Virus record (IMG/VR): IMGVR_UViG_3300010885_023630
Coordinates: 1 to 64,000 of that record
Direction: 5' to 3' (one strand)
DNA length: 64,000 nt
Source of the DNA: a virus
Part shown: positions 1-9,023 of the stretch, piece by piece
Position numbering within the stretch: position 1 is the first letter of the stretch
How the letters are laid out: each line of letters opens with the position of its first letter
Made by a program: the position numbers and the translations under genes
The notes under the pieces: generated by a model
What the model saw: only the letters and a program-made list of their open reading frames with translations
Told to the model about the DNA's origin: nothing
Databases searched by the model: none

Positions 1-516
1 ACCGTCTGAAGTGAGGCCGGTAAAAGGTCCATTGGTGTCAATATCTTTAACCCAAGTGCTACTGAAAGCAGGGTTACAGTAACTACACCCAAAATTGCAT
101 GTGCGATCAAAAGCAATTTCAAGTGTTCGTAAATCCACATCACTGCTGGCCGGCTCAACATAAGCTGTCTCCAATTCTTTGTCTGTATATATAACTGTTT
201 TATAAACGCGATCACTAATATTATCACGCCCTATATCTTCTATCTTCCAACAGTATTCACACCCTGCTGGACGTTCTCCTCTTTGCATCATACTACGTTC
301 TGCTTTTTTCTGCGCGGTATTATGTAACGCTTTTGGATTTGCTTGTACTGCTTCAACGCTAACTTTGTGCGGCAATGGGTGGTGACAACTTGTAGTCATT
401 CCACTACCCAACCATATTGTAGCATTGTACCATTTGGCTCCGCAGAAGCTTTCAGACTTAATGTCAATGACTCTGCGTTTGTATTCTAAATCTGTTTCGT
501 TGTTTTGTCTAGGCAT
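1..516 (-). CDS. Radical SAM protein with N-terminal Cys-rich (Twitch/SPASM-like) region; runs off the window edge
   Basis: Not in the ORF track; translated by hand from ATG at 516: MPRQNNETDLEYKRR...FCGAKW...TSCHHP...GCEYCW...EIAFDRTCNFGCSYCNP (CxxxCxxC). Paralogous to 1698..3083. Confidence 0.85.
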   Translation of the reverse strand, partial: MPRQNNETDLEYKRRVIDIKSESFCGAKWYNATIWLGSGMTTSCHHPLPHKVSVEAVQANPKALHNTAQKKAERSMMQRGERPAGCEYCWKIEDIGRDNISDRVYKTVIYTDKELETAYVEPASSDVDLRTLEIAFDRTCNFGCSYCNPAFSSTWVKDIDTNGPFTGLTSDG

Positions 517-517
517 A

Positions 518-1711
518 TTACCATTCTTTATTTTCTATTAATATTTCACCAATTACTTCAAAAGTATCAGTAAAACTTTCGTTTCTGTATGCGTCTTTTT
601 CTCTTGTCCAAAACTTAAATTCTTCCCAGGGTGTTAATGTACTGTCTTTGCGATAGGTCTTAGGTTCAGTATACATTAAATTAATGATAGCATCAAATTT
701 TGAATTGTCAAAACTGCGTAAGTGCTTTTCTACAGTAGGTTTAATACTGTTGGGTAAAACATTTACACAATAGTACTGCGGCCATTGTACTAAAATAATA
801 AATGGCTCAACTCCATACGCTGTAAAATATTCAAACACATCATGTACATTCCATACGTTTAATGCGCTGACTGTAACAACAGGGACAACATTGATATTAT
901 TGCCGGGGTTCTTTAGTTTAAAGAACTCGTTAATGTTGTTCTGTGCGTCTAACCATTTACCAGGGTGGCGCATATATGTAAACTTGTTGTCTACTCCGTC
1001 TATGCTAACATTAATAATTACATTTTTAAAATTAGTTAAGATACGGCGCCATGTTTCCGACAATTCATGTGTGGCATTTGTACTTACGCTTAGGTCAATG
1101 TTCTTACTAAGTCCTGCGTCTACTAGACGTAACAGATACTTAGGAACTTGATCATCAAGGAATGGCTCTCCGCCATATAACTCAATGCGTTCTAAGTTTG
1201 TACTAAATTCAAACAGTTCATCTAACTGTACATCTGTAAAATGTTTTTTAAACTTCTCAATGGTATACGCTGTACGTGACAAGTTGTTTTTCTTTTCATA
1301 ATACTCGCCTTCAATATGATACAAATAACTATCTTTACTTTGACAAGTACGGCAACGTAAATTACAAATGTTACTTACTTTAATATTTAGATGTCTAGGA
1401 CCACTCATGTAATAATCCGGCTCAGCGTAGTCTAATCCAATGGGTACATCTTTGATCAAGTATTGCCGTTCGCTAGTAAAGCCAAGTTCTTCTTCGCTCC
1501 AGCACCGACGGCACATATCCAATTTCTCACCGTTGAGGCTACGCTGTCTAGCATCTGCTAATGTTGGATCTTGCCAAGTTAATTTAAATGTTTGATCTCC
1601 AAAATTAAACGCACCACCACCAAGGGCAGTACAAGGACTATACGATCCTGCTGGATCAATTGTAGCATCAAGGAAAAAAGCCGGACAAGTGTTTTTGTTA
1701 ATTTTGGGCAT
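518..1711 (-). CDS. Radical SAM protein (Twitch/SPASM-like N-terminus)
   Basis: CNLRCRTC motif, YGGEPF, STN, SIDG. Likely start MPKINKNTC at 1711, overlapping the end of the upstream gene. Confidence 0.85.
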   Translation of the reverse strand: MPKINKNTCPAFFLDATIDPAGSYSPCTALGGGAFNFGDQTFKLTWQDPTLADARQRSLNGEKLDMCRRCWSEEELGFTSERQYLIKDVPIGLDYAEPDYYMSGPRHLNIKVSNICNLRCRTCQSKDSYLYHIEGEYYEKKNNLSRTAYTIEKFKKHFTDVQLDELFEFSTNLERIELYGGEPFLDDQVPKYLLRLVDAGLSKNIDLSVSTNATHELSETWRRILTNFKNVIINVSIDGVDNKFTYMRHPGKWLDAQNNINEFFKLKNPGNNINVVPVVTVSALNVWNVHDVFEYFTAYGVEPFIILVQWPQYYCVNVLPNSIKPTVEKHLRSFDNSKFDAIINLMYTEPKTYRKDSTLTPWEEFKFWTREKDAYRNESFTDTFEVIGEILIENKEW

Positions 1712-3083
1712 GATATCTACATTCATTCCAGAACTCTTGCATTTCCGGAAAAGTTTCTTGAAAATTAGTGTGGCGACGTTTATCGTGTTCGTTAAAGAAT
1801 CGATAAAAGTCAGCACGTTGTAGTTTAACATAATCTGGGTCTAAGTTACGACCTTCTTTCATCCAATCTATATCTCGACGCATACGTTGTACTTCGTAGT
1901 CTTTAAAACCTTGAAATGGCTTGTCAGGGCTTTCTAGATTAAGCTCCATCCAGTCTGCTACACGTTCTAATACGCCAACATACACCGGAGGAAGTATTTG
2001 TAGGCTTTGCCATTTAGGTTGACGTAGCAATGGTGTATCAAACCAAACACGTTGGTATGTTGTGCTGTGCTGTCGGCGTAGATCTAGTATCCATTGCAAT
2101 TGTCGTTGAATACCTAGTACGCTTAAATTATTCATTGTAATAATAAATGTAAGACTATTACGATATGGAATTTCTGTTAAGAACCTGTTTACATATTCGT
2201 GTAGTCGATTCATGTCAAGGCCATTACGTATGTATTCAGCGTGTTTAATGTTACCAGAGTCTAAACTAACATATTGCATAAAATGTTCAATTTGTGTATT
2301 ACACAAATCTGACACGTACTTGATGTATTTGTTAAACAAAGCAGATTCTACGCTAAAGTTACTTGTAACATCTAAATGTAATTCAGGATTGGGTAATGCC
2401 AGCACATAGTCAAATACTCGATATGTATTTCTGTCCATCAGCGGCTCACCGCCGGTCATGCGGAAATGTTTTAGTTTTGGATATAAGGTAGGAAACCATT
2501 CCCAAAATGCGTCGACATACGGATTATCGTGGGAGTGAGGTATAGGCCTATTGCGACCAGTAAAATGGCTGGGATCGTTATGTACAGTACTGGTTGGGTA
2601 ACCGCCCCATTTATCCACCTCCTGCTGCCAGCTACTACTAAACTGAGGACTACAATAACTGCACTTGAGATTACATGCGTGATTAAAGTTAACTTCGACG
2701 TACGACGGAACAACGTCGTCTTCATTTCCGGTACTGGATCGTATAGTTTCATAACTGTCTGCCGCCCACGGCTCTCCTGATCTGTAATGTCTATCGCTTA
2801 GGTTGCCTAAGTCTTCTTGTGTCCAACAATAACTACATTCCTGTGGACGCTCATTCCGTAACATAATAACACGTTGAGCTTTTTTATGCTCTGTGTTATG
2901 TAATGCTCCGGGATTATCCTTTAATACACCAGCATCAATTTGGTGTAGCGGTGGATGGTAACAGCTATTATTTAACCCTGTGGGTAAATGTAAGCTGACC
3001 TGTTTCCATTTAGCTAAACATAATCCATGTCCCAGTTTTTCTTTCATCTGCTCTGCGGCAGACATAAAATCTGATTTACTCAC
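1698..3083 (-). CDS. Radical SAM protein (Twitch/SPASM-like N-terminus)
   Basis: CNLKCSYC, TGGEPL, N-terminal CLAKW..SCYHP..CSYCW. Start probably GTG 3083 or ATG 3065 rather than 3155. Confidence 0.85.
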   Translation of the reverse strand: MSKSDFMSAAEQMKEKLGHGLCLAKWKQVSLHLPTGLNNSCYHPPLHQIDAGVLKDNPGALHNTEHKKAQRVIMLRNERPQECSYCWTQEDLGNLSDRHYRSGEPWAADSYETIRSSTGNEDDVVPSYVEVNFNHACNLKCSYCSPQFSSSWQQEVDKWGGYPTSTVHNDPSHFTGRNRPIPHSHDNPYVDAFWEWFPTLYPKLKHFRMTGGEPLMDRNTYRVFDYVLALPNPELHLDVTSNFSVESALFNKYIKYVSDLCNTQIEHFMQYVSLDSGNIKHAEYIRNGLDMNRLHEYVNRFLTEIPYRNSLTFIITMNNLSVLGIQRQLQWILDLRRQHSTTYQRVWFDTPLLRQPKWQSLQILPPVYVGVLERVADWMELNLESPDKPFQGFKDYEVQRMRRDIDWMKEGRNLDPDYVKLQRADFYRFFNEHDKRRHTNFQETFPEMQEFWNECRYHAQN

Positions 3084-3978
3084 GTACCATTGGTCCTTGA
3101 TTTTTAAATTGTGATTTATAATGATGTTTAAAGAACTTGCTTTCCGCAGTATCAATGGCCAGCATAGGCAATCCCAGGCGAGTACTTAATTCATCTTCAA
3201 ATAAATGTACAAAATCAATTGGATCAAATTTATGTACAATCGTTTCCCAATAGTCTGCCAACTTGCCAAAGTCTTGTACTTCTGTATAATCCCAATCACT
3301 AAGCATTGTATTATAAGTACCCTGTCTTGCGCCGGCTATTGCCCAAATACCATTTTCATTGTCGGCTCCAACATTGTGCCAAATAGTCAAGTTGTCGTAG
3401 TTGCGACTTACTACACATTGATTGAATTCTTCTAGTGTGGGTTTTGCTCCACGATCTAAACACATTTTAACACCTTCACGAAAACCTGCTCGCCATGCTT
3501 GAAATGGAGTAGCATCAGGATATGTTGTACTGTAGCAGTCGTTCATGGACCAGTAATTGGGATAGAAACAAAATTCTACATTGTTTGCAACTGTGCCATC
3601 TGTAGCTTCGTGTGTACGCATATCATTGACAAATTCTTTTGTCCAGCAACTCATCCCACCATTGCCGTATAATAGGCCATTAATACTGTTGCGAGCTTTC
3701 CAACGAAATACACAATCGCGATTAGTGTCATTGAGTTCTAATTGAAGATTAAAGAACTCTGGATCAGGAATGTTATCACCATCGATTAATACAAAACGAT
3801 CAGTGTCGCTTGCGGCGGCGGCCGCTTTATGTGCAGCATCACTGCCCTTAACTCCGTCGACACGTTTGGCCCATGGGACCATGTTTGAGATTTTAATCCA
3901 AAATTCTTCTTTCTTAGGTTCGTCGTAGGTTAAGAATATACAATCTAAATCTGCTACATCAATAATGTCTGTGGTCAT
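3076..3978 (-). CDS. Putative nucleotide-sugar transferase (GT-A fold-like)
   Basis: FVLIDGDN DxD-type motif after an N-terminal IFLTYDEP strand; clustered with other GT-like genes. Start MTTDII at 3978. Confidence 0.55.
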   Translation of the reverse strand: MTTDIIDVADLDCIFLTYDEPKKEEFWIKISNMVPWAKRVDGVKGSDAAHKAAAAASDTDRFVLIDGDNIPDPEFFNLQLELNDTNRDCVFRWKARNSINGLLYGNGGMSCWTKEFVNDMRTHEATDGTVANNVEFCFYPNYWSMNDCYSTTYPDATPFQAWRAGFREGVKMCLDRGAKPTLEEFNQCVVSRNYDNLTIWHNVGADNENGIWAIAGARQGTYNTMLSDWDYTEVQDFGKLADYWETIVHKFDPIDFVHLFEDELSTRLGLPMLAIDTAESKFFKHHYKSQFKNQGPMVRE

Positions 3979-4306
3979 AGTATTCAATTTCTTTATATGT
4001 TTCATCTACTTCTAATAATAAGTTAGCATGATTTTTTACTACAGGGAATCCCACTGTAGATTGAGTTAATTTTACGTGGTATACACTATCCTGTGTAATT
4101 AAAATTAGTTTGCCATTGGCTATGCGATATCGAAAATAATTATCATACGTGTTTCTATCCACAACTATGTATTGTGTAGATTCTGGATGTTGGATCATAG
4201 TACATTGTACTATATTTCCATCATTGTTGTAGTGTAATCTATATTCCAGAACTATTGGTTCAAACGATTTAACGTCTGCCCAATAATCAATTTCTTCTTG
4301 ACTCAT
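3959..4306 (-). CDS. Hypothetical protein (115 aa)
   Basis: Tiles the operon, overlapping both neighbours. Confidence 0.7.
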   Translation of the reverse strand: MSQEEIDYWADVKSFEPIVLEYRLHYNNDGNIVQCTMIQHPESTQYIVVDRNTYDNYFRYRIANGKLILITQDSVYHVKLTQSTVGFPVVKNHANLLLEVDETYKEIEYYDHRHY

Positions 4307-5120
4307 AATATTCTATTAGTTCTTTTGTGGCATAGTTTTTATCGTAGTAGTGCACAGGTTGGTACTGGTTTATGTTATTGATGCGTATAATATCTCCATC
4401 ACGTTCGTTTATTACAGTATCTACCCAACTACGATTGTCATTCCATCCATTGAATCCCGACTTCATGTGTACAAAATTTAAAAAGTCCATACTGGGCAAT
4501 GTGACGTTTTCCTCACCTACCATTAGTGTAGCAATAGCATACACCACATCAGTTGTGGGTTCTTCGTCCACTTGCTTTAACATACTACTTACATTATCCC
4601 AATTATCAAATATGGTTCTTGCGGCACGAAAGAAATCTGTGGCCGCCTGACTAAATCTAAAATACATCAACCCGTTATAGACATCAGGAAGGTTATTGTC
4701 GTCAAACAATTTTCTGTACTTTCTAACAGTACCATGTAGACTTAGATAATTCAATGCTCCTGTACTTAGGCAAATATCTTTGAGTCTAAAAGCAGTCCAC
4801 CAATGATCAATACTACGTGTGAACAATAAATCGCTTTCTAATTTAATTGTTTCTTTAAATGGCGTAAAGTTAAAGGCATGTGTTTCTAAACTAAACGGAT
4901 TTTTGGCATGAGCCACAGGTATAATATAATTAAAAACTTTCTTATGTCGTTCTTCAATGAGCTTGTTGGTTTCTTCATCTACAATGATTGCGTAACTGTT
5001 ACAAGTTTGTGTAGCCTTGACATTTAATGCCTGTAGGTACGCCAACTCTAAATAATTAGTTGTTGAACTGTTAACCGCAACAGTTAGAAAGCCTTGTTGT
5101 TCTTTATGATTCACAAACAA
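4287..5120 (-). CDS. Glycosyltransferase-like protein (GT8-like)
   Basis: TPFKETIKLESDLLF, YNGLMYF and TDVVYAIA segments are typical of GT-A/GT8-like folds; paralog of 5104..5922. Confidence 0.55.
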   Translation of the reverse strand: MFVNHKEQQGFLTVAVNSSTTNYLELAYLQALNVKATQTCNSYAIIVDEETNKLIEERHKKVFNYIIPVAHAKNPFSLETHAFNFTPFKETIKLESDLLFTRSIDHWWTAFRLKDICLSTGALNYLSLHGTVRKYRKLFDDNNLPDVYNGLMYFRFSQAATDFFRAARTIFDNWDNVSSMLKQVDEEPTTDVVYAIATLMVGEENVTLPSMDFLNFVHMKSGFNGWNDNRSWVDTVINERDGDIIRINNINQYQPVHYYDKNYATKELIEYYESRRN

Positions 5121-5922
5121 CCTCTACTAATTCTTTAAAATTATCACTGAGCAAATAATTTTTATCCATTATATGTATACACTGGTGCGGCACTACTATT
5201 GCCCGACTATCTTGTCGCACTTTTAAAAAATGTTCTGTGTACTCTATATTTGAAATTGGATCAGTTATAGTAAACAAATTCCAAGGTATGCCTTGTTCTT
5301 CGTTTAATGTGTATCCACTTAGGATGCTATTGGCTATGGCAAAGGCATAATCGTTTCTATAATTGCCTTCTCGTATGTTATACAAGGACCTATAGTATCC
5401 GTAGTTCCTTTGTATACGCCCAATTAAATTAAAAAATAATTCAGCACGTTCTGTTTTACGAAATAATACCACAGTGGCCCAAACATAAGGTAAACTAGTT
5501 TCGCCCATGGATTCGTAACTAGGGCCATCTGGTGTTGTATTATGATGTATTAACTTATAGTCAAAGTCTGTTTTAAATAGTTGTAATAAGCTATCATCTA
5601 ACACTACGTAATCTGTATCCAACAATATTGTTTCCTCATACGGACTTAGTTTGTATGCCAAGTATCTGCCAAAGTTACGCCAATTGATTTCTTCTAAACT
5701 ATTATCTAACCTAATAGTACCGCTTTGGTTATCAACTCTAATAATATGATCGTAATTGAATGTAGGTTGGCTATCGGGGTCTGTAATTAATGTAACAGGC
5801 AATCCTAATTTGTGTTTTATTAATTGGCTTGTGCGATCCGCTATACCAACATAATCAAATTTGGTATTAAAAGCAAATACTACAACACCCTTAGACTTTT
5901 CGGATTTTTTTGAGTTCGCCAT
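5104..5922 (-). CDS. Glycosyltransferase-like protein (GT8-like)
   Basis: SPYEETILLDTDYVV (DxD), WATVVLF, RNDYAFAIA. Confidence 0.6.
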   Translation of the reverse strand: MANSKKSEKSKGVVVFAFNTKFDYVGIADRTSQLIKHKLGLPVTLITDPDSQPTFNYDHIIRVDNQSGTIRLDNSLEEINWRNFGRYLAYKLSPYEETILLDTDYVVLDDSLLQLFKTDFDYKLIHHNTTPDGPSYESMGETSLPYVWATVVLFRKTERAELFFNLIGRIQRNYGYYRSLYNIREGNYRNDYAFAIANSILSGYTLNEEQGIPWNLFTITDPISNIEYTEHFLKVRQDSRAIVVPHQCIHIMDKNYLLSDNFKELVEVVCES

Positions 5923-6205
5923 GTTGTTGATGCCATCTGTTCATCACTTGTTGATAATGCTGTTGTGCCATTATTAAAAAAACTTGTTTGTCAACTGCAA
6001 TTGGATTTTGATAAACATCTTCCAAGTACAATTCATCAATGGGCCAGCTTTGTACAAATGCCAATAGTTCGGGCGTAACTTTAAACAGCCCGCCGCTGTG
6101 AGCAAAATGTAAATCGGTTTGAATCTTTTCTCGTAGAATACGCTTATTGACTTGATAGTCCGTAGCTAAACGTACTGCCTCAGCAAGTTTGTTAATTTCA
6201 GTCAT
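5891..6205 (-). CDS. Hypothetical protein (104 aa), first gene of the GT/radical SAM operon
   Basis: ORF directly downstream of a consensus sigma70 promoter. Confidence 0.75.
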   Translation of the reverse strand: MTEINKLAEAVRLATDYQVNKRILREKIQTDLHFAHSGGLFKVTPELLAFVQSWPIDELYLEDVYQNPIAVDKQVFLIMAQQHYQQVMNRWHQQHGELKKIRKV

Positions 6206-6208
6206 AGT

Positions 6209-6248
6209 AAAAAGAAAGGTGTAGACAGCAATTATACTAGTCTACACC
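6209..6248 (-). terminator. Intrinsic terminator ending the tail-fibre transcript, overlapping the sigma70 promoter
   Basis: Inverted repeat GGTGTAGAC/GTCTACACC (6218-6226, 6240-6248) followed on the minus strand by TTTCTTTTT. Confidence 0.65.
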
Positions 6249-6259
6249 CGGTATGTCAA
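6231..6259 (-). promoter_or_regulatory. Perfect-consensus sigma70 promoter TTGACA-N17-TATAAT
   Basis: Minus strand reads TTGACA taccgggtgtagactag TATAAT, 25 nt upstream of the ATG at 6205. Confidence 0.85.
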
Positions 6260-6271
6260 CCTAATAAAGTA

Positions 6272-7240
6272 TTAGGAGATAGTCGGTGTGCCCCAAGTTG
6301 CACTAATGTTTGTGGTTTCCGGATAAACAACATCAATTCTGTGGTTGAATGTAAAGTTAATGGTTTCGTTGAAGTATTGATTTCCGCCATAACTACCATA
6401 GTTACCAGCTGGTGTATTATTTGTACGGATTGCTGAGTACCAAGTAAAATCAAAATAGATGATACTACCAACATCGCCGTTTGCGCCCACGTTACCGTTG
6501 GTACGCAATGCTACTGTCAGGTAGTCACCAGTATAACCTGATGTTGTACTGGTAATAGAACTAACAGTCTGTGCTGATGTGGATCCATTCCAGTAGCCCA
6601 AGTTTGTTGTATTTGTATTGACTGTGCCACCGGAGCCTTGACGACCACTATTGCTACGTGCTCTAAACCAGCTGCCGCCCCAGTTTGTACCAGTTAGCGT
6701 ACATAGGTCTCCCGTACGACTTGTACCATCGTTGTTTGGAACGCTAATAACAACAAAGTTCAACTGTCCACCGGCGTTAAAAAAGTAACGTGCAGCATCA
6801 CCACTAGTAAATGCCACTGTGCGAGTCATTGTAAATGTTTTTGCCGCGTTGTCGTTGGTGTTACCTTGTGTAAAGTTAGGGCTAAATGTAGCACCAGTTG
6901 TTGTTGAGCCTTGTGTGCCGTTAAACAACAAACGGTTTGTATATGCTGTACCGATAGCGGTTGATAACGAGCTTAAATAGTTAATTTGTGCCCCAGGCAA
7001 TACTGGATTAAGACCAGCTGTTACACCGCTTTGGTGTACATTTACGCTGTTTAATGTATTAATCATTTGTGCCCACTGTGCGGCAGTTACCATACCGGCT
7101 TGGCTAACAGTTGGAATTGCAGTCTGGCCATATCCGCTATCGCCGGATCCAGTGCTCCAAACCTTGTTCAATTGATTTGTACCGTTTAAAAAGTTATTGT
7201 AATCTGCAGCATCAATTATGCCACCTGATGAGTACGCCAT
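6272..7240 (-). CDS. Virion structural / tail-fibre-associated protein
   Basis: G/S/T/N-rich 322-aa ORF with RYFFNAGG motif, at the end of the tail-fibre block. Confidence 0.6.
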   Translation of the reverse strand: MAYSSGGIIDAADYNNFLNGTNQLNKVWSTGSGDSGYGQTAIPTVSQAGMVTAAQWAQMINTLNSVNVHQSGVTAGLNPVLPGAQINYLSSLSTAIGTAYTNRLLFNGTQGSTTTGATFSPNFTQGNTNDNAAKTFTMTRTVAFTSGDAARYFFNAGGQLNFVVISVPNNDGTSRTGDLCTLTGTNWGGSWFRARSNSGRQGSGGTVNTNTTNLGYWNGSTSAQTVSSITSTTSGYTGDYLTVALRTNGNVGANGDVGSIIYFDFTWYSAIRTNNTPAGNYGSYGGNQYFNETINFTFNHRIDVVYPETTNISATWGTPTIS

Positions 7241-7254
7241 GTTTTATGTTCCTA

Positions 7255-8982
7255 TTATGAATTTATCTTAACGATAGCTTCAATTAATTGTTCGCCTTCG
7301 TCTGTCTTGTTTACTAATGAACGTCCAATTACGTTCCACGGTGTGATTTCTGAGTGGTTGCCTGATCTGGCCAAGCCATTTCCGGCGCTTACTAATCGAT
7401 CACCTTTAGTAATTAACCCAACTGCTCTTACTGGCACACGACCGCTCATTGCGATTGGTGGATGTGTTTCGTTATTTCCGGCTGATGAGTTCATTAAGTA
7501 GGCTGCATTAGTACTTATGACGCCAAAAACTTTTTCGCTTAATTCAGCTACCACTTTGGTAATTTCGTTAACGCCGCCCATTTCTACTACTGTACCTGCT
7601 GGGTACTCAGCATCTGCGTGGAAGCGTTCTGCTAAGTCAGCGTATTGTGCGTGTACCGCTGTACCATAAATGTTGTTAAACCACTGTGTAGTGCTACCAA
7701 TATTTGCTGTTAAGTTAGCACTTGGCAAAATACTTGTTGTAACTGTTAGGTTACCTGTAGTAATATTACCACTTGGAATAACAATACTGTTGAATGTGCC
7801 TATTGTGCCACGAACATTACCTGCTGTTAAGCTACCTAGCTGGGCAGTATTACCATAAATTGTACCCCAATATGCGCCAGGTTGTCCTAAATTAATAACA
7901 GCGTTTGCCGCTGGAACTGCTACGTTACTAACTGTAACAGTTGTAAAGCCTCCTGTGGCTGGTATTGCGTTACCAACTGGTGTATTATTCAACGAACTAA
8001 ATGTAATTGTACCACCAATGGTAGCAATTTCAGCTCCGTTGTACGTTGCAAATCCTGATAAAGCAGTAATACCGTTGGTATTTAAATTTACAATGTTACC
8101 AATCGATGTAATATTTGGCTGAGCCGCAGTTAATATTGTTCCTGTGTAGCCCGATGTTGCTAAGAATCCAGCTCCTGTTACGCTACCAGCATTGATAATA
8201 GTAGCACTAACGTTACCAATTAAGTTACCATTAAATCCTGAACTAGCGTTGTATGATGTACCAGTGAATACTGTACCAGTTACAGCCGAACTAGTCAGAC
8301 TAGCTACAGCGATACCACCGGAACTGTCTCTTTGTACTAGTGTGTTTGGACTAGCGGCAGTATCTTGTGAACTCAATGCCAACGACGGGCTTGCTGTTGT
8401 GCTAAAGTTTAATCCGGCTTTAATAACAGAGAAACCAGCTAAAGCTGACGCAAAAATCTCTTTGGAAAAGATTGCGTAGATGATACCGTTGATAATAAAC
8501 TGGATAACAATGTGATTACCACCCGACGTATCTGTCATAATTGCCGGAACAGATCCAGTATTACCTGTAGCTGGGGTAGCCTGTGGGCCAATTGTAACCC
8601 AACTTGTACCAGAGTATACTTTTAATTGGCTATTTGTTGTATCAAACCATAAGTCGCCACCAAGTGTACTTAAATCGCCAGGTGGGCTTGAATACGGACT
8701 GGATGTAGCACCAGTTGAAATTTTCCAGCTGGAGCCAGAATATACTTTTAAAATGTTATTTGTTGTGTCCCACCATAGCTGACCTTTTAATGGGTTAGCT
8801 GGGCTAGTATTGTTAGCAAAATTCTCTAACAAATATATGAAGTTTTCGTTTAAGAAAGTACCATAATTAGCATAGTTTTTACCAATTAACGTTAGACTAG
8901 TATGTGTGTTATCATAGTTACCGTCAGACAGTCCCCCTACAATTAAGGGTTGTCCGTTAGTTAGGTTAAGATTATACGCCAT
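7255..8982 (-). CDS. Tail fibre/spike protein with C-terminal intramolecular-chaperone (peptidase G2/IMC-like) domain
   Basis: N-terminal LIGKNYANYG..NENF..LLENFA module shared with 9024 and 14828; beta-rich middle; C-terminal AQYADLAERF..PAGTVV..GRVPV..KGDRLVS. Confidence 0.7.
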   Translation of the reverse strand: MAYNLNLTNGQPLIVGGLSDGNYDNTHTSLTLIGKNYANYGTFLNENFIYLLENFANNTSPANPLKGQLWWDTTNNILKVYSGSSWKISTGATSSPYSSPPGDLSTLGGDLWFDTTNSQLKVYSGTSWVTIGPQATPATGNTGSVPAIMTDTSGGNHIVIQFIINGIIYAIFSKEIFASALAGFSVIKAGLNFSTTASPSLALSSQDTAASPNTLVQRDSSGGIAVASLTSSAVTGTVFTGTSYNASSGFNGNLIGNVSATIINAGSVTGAGFLATSGYTGTILTAAQPNITSIGNIVNLNTNGITALSGFATYNGAEIATIGGTITFSSLNNTPVGNAIPATGGFTTVTVSNVAVPAANAVINLGQPGAYWGTIYGNTAQLGSLTAGNVRGTIGTFNSIVIPSGNITTGNLTVTTSILPSANLTANIGSTTQWFNNIYGTAVHAQYADLAERFHADAEYPAGTVVEMGGVNEITKVVAELSEKVFGVISTNAAYLMNSSAGNNETHPPIAMSGRVPVRAVGLITKGDRLVSAGNGLARSGNHSEITPWNVIGRSLVNKTDEGEQLIEAIVKINS

Positions 8983-9007
8983 TTAGATATCCTTTGAGCT
9001 CTTTGTG

Positions 9008-9015
9008 TATTTATA
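9008..9015 (-). promoter_or_regulatory. T4-type late promoter TATAAATA
   Basis: Exact T4 gp55 consensus on the minus strand, about 25 nt upstream of the ATG at 8982. Confidence 0.75.
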
Positions 9016-9023
9016 CGTGTTCT

